Assembly (NCBI GenBank): GCA_964057225.1
Contig: OZ059895.1
Span: forward strand, 20,088,001-20,152,000
DNA: 64,000 bases
Direction: 5' to 3'
DNA from: Auanema rhodensis
Taxonomy: Eukaryota; Animalia; Nematoda
Shown: piece by piece, positions 55,101 through 64,000 of the stretch
How the letters are laid out: each line of letters opens with the position of its first letter
Position numbering within the stretch: position 1 is the stretch's first letter
Notes under the pieces: model-generated
What the model was told of the DNA's origin: nothing
The model's database searches: none
The model's input: the letters and a program-made list of their open reading frames with translations, nothing else
Made by a program: the position numbers and the translations under genes

Positions 55101-58100
55101 TGAAAAAAGGAATCTAAAAACATCTACTTCTTGCTAAATTATTTTGAAATTTTTCGAAAAAATTTTTGTCAAAATGTTTTTGGAAGCAATGTTGAGTGTA
55201 CATGGAAACTCAACATACACTAATGCATCATTTTTCAAACGATCATAACTAATTTTTGTATTGAGCGTTTCTCAATGTAGTATAGTGCATTCGATGCGGA
55301 TTTTTAAGCTGCGTCGATCTGTGTTATCAGATTTGCGCTAGCTTAAAAATGCACCGAGATATCAACTGATATATGTTCACACTTATATCCTCGATTTTCA
55401 CCCTGAAGAAATTATTTTTTCGTTGAATAACATTGTCCATCGTCTTTGCCTTGAAAAAAGGAATCTAAAAACATCTACTTCTTGCTAAATTATTTTGAAA
55501 TTTTTCGAAAAAATTTTTGTCAAAATGTTTTTGGAAGCAATGTTGAGTGTACATGGAAACTCAACATACACTAATGCATCATTTTTCAAACGATCATAAC
55601 TAATTTTTGTATTGAGCGTTTCTCAATGTAGTATAGTGCATTCGATGCGGATTTTTAAGCTGCGTCGATCTGTGTTATCAGATTTGCTCTAGCTTAAAAA
55701 TGCACCGAGATATCAACTGATATATGTTCACACTTATATCCTCGATTTTCACCCTGAAGAAATTATTTTTTCGTTGAATAACATTGTCCATCGTCTTTGC
55801 CTTGAAAAAAGGAATCTAAAAACATCTACTTCTTGCTAAATTATTTTGAAATTTTTCGAAAAAATTTTTGTCAAAATGTTTTTGGAAGCAATGTTGAGTG
55901 TACATGGAAACTCAACATACACTAATGCATCATTTTTCAAACGATCATAACTAATTTTTGTATTGAGCGTTTCTCAATGTAGTATAGTGCATTCGATGCG
56001 GATTTTTAAGCTGCGTCGATCTGTGTTATCAGATTTGCGCTAGCTTAAAAATGCACCGAGATATCAACTGATATATGTTCACACTTATATCCTCGATTTT
56101 CACCCTGAAGAAATTATTTTTTCGTTGAATAACATTGTCCATCGTCTTTGCCTTGAAAAAAGGAATCTAAAAACATCTACTTCTTGCTAAATTATTTTGA
56201 AATTTTTCGAAAAAATTTTTGTCAAAATGTTTTTGGAAGCAATGTTGAGTGTACATGGAAACTCAACATACACTAATGCATCATTTTTCAAACGATCATA
56301 ACTAATTTTTGTATTAAGCGTTTCTCAATGTAGTATAGTGCATTCGATGCGGATTTTTAAGCTGCGTCGATCTGTGTTATCAGATTTGCTCTAGCTTAAA
56401 AATGCACCGAGATATCAACTGATATATGTTCACACTTATATCCTCGATTTTCACCCTGAAGAAATTATTTTTTCGTTGAATAACATTGTCCATCGTCTTT
56501 GCCTTGAAAAAAGGAATCTAAAAACATCTACTTCTTGCTAAATTATTTTGAAATTTTTCGAAAAAATTTTTGTCAAAATGTTTTTGGAAGCAATGTTGAG
56601 TGTACATGGAAACTCAACATACACTAATGCATCATTTTTCAAACGATCATAACTAATTTTTGTATTAAGCGTTTCTCAATGTAGTATAGTGCATTCGATG
56701 CGGATTTTTAAGCTGCGTCGATCTGTGTTATCAGATTTGCTCTAGCTTAAAAATGCACCGAGATATCAACTGATATATGTTCACACTTATATCCTCGATT
56801 TTCACCCTGAAGAAATTATTTTTTCGTTGAATAACATTGTCCATCGTCTTTGCCTTGAAAAAAGGAATCTAAAAACATCTACTTCTTGCTAAATTATTTT
56901 GAAATTTTTCGAAAAAATTTTTGTCAAAATGTTTTTGGAAGCAATGTTGAGTGTACATGGAAACTCAACATACACTAATGCATCATTTTTCAAACGATCA
57001 TAACTAATTTTTGTATTGAGCGTTTCTCAATGTAGTATAGTGCATTCGATGCGGATTTTTAAGCTGCGTCGATCTGTGTTATCAGATTTGCTCTAGCTTA
57101 AAAATGCACCGAGATATCAACTGATATATGTTCACACTTATATCCTCGATTTTCACCCTGAAGAAATTATTTTTTCGTTGAATAACATTGTCCATCGTCT
57201 TTGCCTTGAAAAAAGGAATCTAAAAACATCTACTTCTTGCTAAATTATTTTGAAATTTTTCGAAAAAATTTTTGTCAAAATGTTTTTGGAAGCAATGTTG
57301 AGTGTACATGGAAACTCAACATACACTAATGCATCATTTTTCAAACGATCATAACTAATTTTTGTATTGAGCGTTTCTCAATGTAGTATAGTGCATTCGA
57401 TGCGGATTTTTAAGCTGCGTCGATCTGTGTTATCAGATTTGCGCTAGCTTAAAAATGCACCGAGATATCAACTGATATATGTTCACACTTATATCCTCGA
57501 TTTTCACCCTGAAGAAATTATTTTTTCGTTGAATAACATTGTCCATCGTCTTTGCCTTGAAAAAAGGAATCTAAAAACATCTACTTCTTGCTAAATTATT
57601 TTGAAATTTTTCGAAAAAATTTTTGTCAAAATGTTTTTGGAAGCAATGTTGAGTGTACATGGAAACTCAACATACACTAATGCATCATTTTTCAAACGAT
57701 CATAACTAATTTTTGTATTAAGCGTTTCTCAATGTAGTATAGTGCATTCGATGCGGATTTTTAAGCTGCGTCGATCTGTGTTATCAGATTTGCTCTAGCT
57801 TAAAAATGCACCGAGATATCAACTGATATATGTTCACACTTATATCCTCGATTTTCACCCTGAAGAAATTATTTTTTCGTTGAATAACATTGTCCATCGT
57901 CTTTGCCTTGAAAAAAGGAATCTAAAAACATCTACTTCTTGCTAAATTATTTTGAAATTTTTCGAAAAAATTTTTGTCAAAATGTTTTTGGAAGCAATGT
58001 TGAGTGTACATGGAAACTCAACATACACTAATGCATCATTTTTCAAACGATCATAACTAATTTTTGTATTAAGCGTTTCTCAATGTAGTATAGTGCATTC

Positions 58101-61100
58101 GATGCGGATTTTTAAGCTGCGTCGATCTGTGTTATCAGATTTGCTCTAGCTTAAAAATGCACCGAGATATCAACTGATATATGTTCACACTTATATCCTC
58201 GATTTTCACCCTGAAGAAATTATTTTTTCGTTGAATAACATTGTCCATCGTCTTTGCCTTGAAAAAAGGAATCTAAAAACATCTACTTCTTGCTAAATTA
58301 TTTTGAAATTTTTCGAAAAAATTTTTGTCAAAATGTTTTTGGAAGCAATGTTGAGTGTACATGGAAACTCAACATACACTAATGCATCATTTTTCAAACG
58401 ATCATAACTAATTTTTGTATTGAGCGTTTCTCAATGTAGTATAGTGCATTCGATGCGGATTTTTAAGCTGCGTCGATCTGTGTTATCAGATTTGCGCTAG
58501 CTTAAAAATGCACCGAGATATCAACTGATATATGTTCACACTTATATCCTCGATTTTCACCCTGAAGAAATTATTTTTTCGTTGAATAACATTGTCCATC
58601 GTCTTTGCCTTGAAAAAAGGAATCTAAAAACATCTACTTCTTGCTAAATTATTTTGAAATTTTTCGAAAAAATTTTTGTCAAAATGTTTTTGGAAGCAAT
58701 GTTGAGTGTACATGGAAACTCAACATACACTAATGCATCATTTTTCAAACGATCATAACTAATTTTTGTATTAAGCGTTTCTCAATGTAGTATAGTGCAT
58801 TCGATGCGGATTTTTAAGCTGCGTCGATCTGTGTTATCAGATTTGCTCTAGCTTAAAAATGCACCGAGATATCAACTGATATATGTTCACACTTATATCC
58901 TCGATTTTCACCCTGAAGAAATTATTTTTTCGTTGAATAACATTGTCCATCGTCTTTGCCTTGAAAAAAGGAATCTAAAAACATCTACTTCTTGCTAAAT
59001 TATTTTGAAATTTTTCGAAAAAATTTTTGTCAAAATGTTTTTGGAAGCAATGTTGAGTGTACATGGAAACTCAACATACACTAATGCATCATTTTTCAAA
59101 CGATCATAACTAATTTTTGTATTAAGCGTTTCTCAATGTAGTATAGTGCATTCGATGCGGATTTTTAAGCTGCGTCGATCTGTGTTATCAGATTTGCTCT
59201 AGCTTAAAAATGCACCGAGATATCAACTGATATATGTTCACACTTATATCCTCGATTTTCACCCTGAAGAAATTATTTTTTCGTTGAATAACATTGTCCA
59301 TCGTCTTTGCCTTGAAAAAAGGAATCTAAAAACATCTACTTCTTGCTAAATTATTTTGAAATTTTTCGAAAAAATTTTTGTCAAAATGTTTTTGGAAGCA
59401 ATGTTGAGTGTACATGGAAACTCAACATACACTAATGCATCATTTTTCAAACGATCATAACTAATTTTTGTATTGAGCGTTTCTCGATGTAGTATAGTGC
59501 ATTCGATGCGGATTTTTAAGCTGCGTCGATCTGTGTTATCAGATTTGCGCTAGCTTAAAAATGCACCGAGATATCAACTGATATAAGTTCACACTTAGAT
59601 CCTCGATTTTCACCCTGAAGAATTAATTTTTTCGTTGAATAACAATGTCCATCGTCTTTGCCTTGAAAAAACAAATCTAAAAACATCTACTTCTTGCTAA
59701 ATTATTTTGAAATTTTTCGAAAAAATTTTTGTCAAAATGTTTTTGGAAGCAATGTTGAGTGTACATGGAAACTCAACATACACTAATGCATCATTTTTCA
59801 AACGATCATAACTAATTTTTGTATTGAGCGTTTCTCAATGTAGTATAGTGCATTCGATGCGGATTTTTAAGCTGCGTCGATCTGTGTTATCAGATTTGCG
59901 CTAGCTTAAAAATGCACCGAGATATCAACTGATATATGTTCACACTTATATCCTCGATTTTCACCCTGAAGAAATTATTTTTTCGTTGAATAACATTGTC
60001 CATCGGCTTTGCCTTGAAAAAAGGAATCTAAAAACATCTACTTCTTGCTAAATTATTTTGAAATTTTTCGAAAAAATTTTTGTCAAAATGTTTTTGGAAG
60101 CAATGTTGAGTGTACATGGAAACTCAACATACACTAATGCATCATTTTTCAAACGATCATAACTAATTTTTGTATTGAGCGTTTCTCAATGTAGTATAGT
60201 GCATTCGATGCGGATTTTTAAGCTGCGTCGATCTGTGTTATCAGATTTGCGCTAGCTTAAAAATGCACCGAGATATCAACTGATATATGTTCACACTTAT
60301 ATCCTCGATTTTCACCCTGAAGAAATTATTTTTTCGTTGAATAACATTGTCCATCGGCTTTGCCTTGAAAAAAGGAATCTAAAAACATCTACTTCTTGCT
60401 AAATTATTTTGAAATTTTTCGAAAAAATTTTTGTCAAAATGTTTTTGGAAGCAATGTTGAGTGTACATGGAAACTCAACATACACTAATGCATCATTTTT
60501 CAAACGATCATAACTAATTTTTGTATTGAGCGTTTCTCAATGTAGTATAGTGCATTCGATGCGGATTTTTAAGCTGCGTCGATCTGTGTTATCAGATTTG
60601 CGCTAGCTTAAAAATGCACCGAGATATCAACTGATATATGTTCACACTTATATCCTCGATTTTCACCCTGAAGAAATTATTTTTTCGTTGAATAACATTG
60701 TCCATCGTCTTTGCCTTGAAAAAAGGAATCTAAAAACATCTACTTCTTGCTAAATTATTTTGAAATTTTTCGAAAAAATTTTTGTCAAAATGTTTTTGGA
60801 AGCAATGTTGAGTGTACATGGAAACTCAACATACACTAATGCATCATTTTTCAAACGATCATAACTAATTTTTGTATTGAGCGTTTCTCAATGTAGTATA
60901 GTGCATTCGATGCGGATTTTTAAGCTGCGTCGATCTGTGTTATCAGATTTGCTCTAGCTTAAAAATGCACCGAGATATCAACTGATATATGTTCACACTT
61001 ATATCCTCGATTTTCACCCTGAAGAAATTATTTTTTCGTTGAATAACATTGTCCATCGTCTTTGCCTTGAAAAAAGGAATCTAAAAACATCTACTTCTTG

Positions 61101-64000
61101 CTAAATTATTTTGAAATTTTTCGAAAAAATTTTTGTCAAAATGTTTTTGGAAGCAATGTTGAGTGTACATGGAAACTCAACATACACTAATGCATCATTT
61201 TTCAAACGATCATAACTAATTTTTGTATTGAGCGTTTCTCAATGTAGTATAGTGCATTCGATGCGGATTTTTAAGCTGCGTCGATCTGTGTTATCAGATT
61301 TGCGCTAGCTTAAAAATGCACCGAGATATCAACTGATATATGTTCACACTTATATCTTCGATTTTCACCCTGAAGAAATTATTTTTTCGTTGAATAACAT
61401 TGTCCATCGTCTTTGTCTTGAAAAAAGGAATCTAAAAACATCTACTTCTTGCTAAATTATTTTGAAATTTTTCGAAAAAATTTTTGTCAAAATGTTTTTG
61501 GAAGCAATGTTGAGTGTACATGGAAACTCAACATACACTAATGCATCATTTTTCAAACGATCATAACTAATTTTTGTATTAAGCGTTTCTCAATGTAGTA
61601 TAGTGCATTCGATGCGAATTTTTCAGCTGCGTCGATCTGTGTTATCAGATTTGCTCTAGCTTAAAAATGCACCGAGATATCAACTGATATATGTTCACAC
61701 TTATATCCTCGATTTTCACCCTGAAGAAATTATTTTTTCGTTGAATAACATTGTCCATCGTCTTTGCCTTGAAAAAAGGAATCTAAAAACATCTACTTCT
61801 TGCTAAATTATTTTGAAATTTTTCGAAAAAATTTTTGTCAAAATGTTTTTGGAAGCAATGTTGAGTGTACATGGAAACTCAACATACACTAATGCATCAT
61901 TTTTCAAACGATCATAACTAATTTTTGTATTAAGCGTTTCTCAATGTAGTATAGTGCATTCGATGCGGATTTTTAAGCTGCGTCGATCTGTGTTATCAGA
62001 TTTGCTCTAGCTTAAAAATGCACCGAGATATCAACTGATATATGTTCACACTTATATCCTCGATTTTCACCCTGAAGAAATTATTTTTTCGTTGAATAAC
62101 ATTGTCCATCGTCTTTGCCTTGAAAAAAGGAATCTAAAAACATCTACTTCTTGCTAAATTATTTTGAAATTTTTCGAAAAAATTTTTGTCAAAATGTTTT
62201 TGGAAGCAATGTTGAGTGTACATGGAAACTCAACATACACTAATGCATCATTTTTCAAACGATCATAACTAATTTTTGTATTAAGCGTTTCTCAATGTAG
62301 TATAGTGCATTCGATGCGGATTTTTAAGCTGCGTCGATCTGTGTTATCAGATTTGCTCTAGCTTAAAAATGCACCGAGATATCAACTGATATATGTTCAC
62401 ACTTATATCCTCGATTTTCACCCTGAAGAAATTTTTTTTTCGTTGAATAACATTGTCCATCGTCTTTGCCTTGAAAAAAGGAATCTAAAAACATCTACTT
62501 CTTGCTAAATTATTTTGAAATTTTTCGAAAAAATTTTTGTCAAAATGTTTTTGGAAGCAATGTTGAGTGTACATGGAAACTCCACATACACTAATGCATC
62601 ATTTTTCAAACGATCATAACTAATTTTTGTATTGAGCGTTTCTCGATGTAGTATAGTGCATTCGATGCGGATTTTTAAGCTGCGTCGATCTGTGTTATCA
62701 GATTTGCGCTAGCTTAAAAATGCACCGAGATATCAACTGATATAAGTTCACACTTAGATCCTCGATTTTCACCCTGAAGAAATTATTTTTTCGTTGAATA
62801 ACATTGTCCATCGTCTTTGCCTTGAAAAAAGGAATCTAAAAACATCTACTTCTTGCTAAATTATTTTGAAATTTTTCGAAAAAATTTTTGTCAAAATGTT
62901 TTTGGAAGCAATGTTGAGTGTACATGGAAACTCCACATACACTAATGCATCATTTTTCAAACGATCATAACTAATTTTTGTATTGAGCGTTTCTCGATGT
63001 AGTATAGTGCATTCGATGCGGATTTTTAAGCTGCGTCGATCTGTGTTATCAGATTTGCGCTAGCTTAAAAATGCACCGAGATATCAACTGATATAAGTTC
63101 ACACTTAGATCCTCGATTTTCACCCTGAAGAATTAATTTTTTCGTTGAATAACAATGTCCATCGTCTTTGCCTTGAAAAAACAAATCTAAAAACATCTAC
63201 TTCTTGCTAAATTATTTTGAAATTTTTCGAAAAAATTTTTGTCAAAATGTTTTTGGAAGCAATGTTGAGTGTACATGGAAACTCAACATACACTAATGCA
63301 TCATTTTTCAAACGATCATAACTAATTTTTGTATTAAGCGTTTCTCAATGTAGTATAGTGCATTCGATGCGGATTTTTAAGCTGCGTCGATCTGTGTTAT
63401 CAGATTTGCGCTAGCTTAAAAATGCACCGAGATATCAACTGATATATGTTCACACTTATATCCTCGATTTTCACCCTGAAGAAATTATTTTTTCGTTGAA
63501 TAACATTGTCCATCGTCTTTGCCTTGAAAAAAGGAATCTAAAAACATCTACTTCTTGCTAAATTATTTTGAAATTTTTCGAAAAAATTTTTGTCAAAATG
63601 TTTTTGGAAGCAATGTTGAGTGTACATGGAAACTCAACATACACTAATGCATCATTTTTCAAACGATCATAACTAATTTTTGTATTGAGCGTTTCTCAAT
63701 GTAGTATAGTGCATTCGATGCGGATTTTTAAGCTGCGTCGATCTGTGTTATCAGATTTGCTCTAGCTTAAAAATGCACCGAGATATCAACTGATATATGT
63801 TCACACTTATATCCTCGATTTTCACCCTGAAGAAATTATTTTTTCGTTGAATAACATTGTCCATCGTCTTTGCCTTGAAAAAAGGAATCTAAAAACATCT
63901 ACTTCTTGCTAAATTATTTTGAAATTTTTCGAAAAAATTTTTGTCAAAATGTTTTTGGAAGCAATGTTGAGTGTACATGGAAACTCAACATACACTAATG

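Larger units (their letters stand above)
1..64000. repeat. Tandem satellite DNA array, 351-bp monomer, ~182.35 copies, head-to-tail
   Basis: The motif GAAAAAAG(G/A)AATCTAAAAACATC recurs at 352, 1054, 1405 ... 7021 ... 63877 (first base A in a few copies, e.g. 1 and 703). The arithmetic closes: 1 + 182x351 - 6 (net of seven identical 1-bp deletions, one further deletion and two insertions) = 63877. The array runs off both window ends. Confidence 0.99.

Noticed and set aside
54049-55452. Run of four identical consensus monomers as a very recent expansion
   Set aside because: Consensus monomers are the commonest class here, so short runs are expected, and copy number in identical runs is prone to assembly error.
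1-64000. CRISPR array
   Set aside because: There are no unique spacers; the entire 351-bp unit repeats, and no cas genes are present.
1-64000. Rolling-circle concatemer of a viroid-sized circle or small plasmid, or an amplification artefact
   Set aside because: Variants are linked in haplotypes and arranged in nested, position-specific higher-order patterns. That indicates real chromosomal evolution rather than random errors on one template.

Overview
The whole 64 kb window is one uninterrupted head-to-tail tandem array of a 351-bp AT-rich satellite monomer (about 32% GC by hand count). It holds 182 complete copies plus a 124-bp partial copy (63877-64000), all in one orientation. I found no genes, RNA genes, CRISPR spacers, TE insertions or inversions. 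The single 63-aa ORF results from a one-off stop-loss SNP at 2141. Copies differ from consensus by a few SNPs and only ten 1-bp indels. The shared variants reveal (i) two monomer subtypes, A and B, separated by 6 linked SNPs, (ii) a series of local higher-order repeats (2-, 3-, 4-, 6- and 8-mers, some nested) and (iii) a left-to-right drop in diversity. The monomer is almost tiled by dyad symmetries: a 75-bp bipartite palindrome that coincides with the least variable part of the monomer, an adjacent degenerate ~126-bp four-block palindrome resembling motifs of invertebrate non-autonomous DNA transposons, and several hairpins. The best reading is eukaryotic (probably invertebrate) centromeric or pericentromeric satellite DNA; I cannot identify the species or family. 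Monomers are numbered M1 (start 1) to M183 (start 63877). 'm' positions are within a monomer, and M5 (1405-1755) equals the consensus. All variant calls were made by eye.
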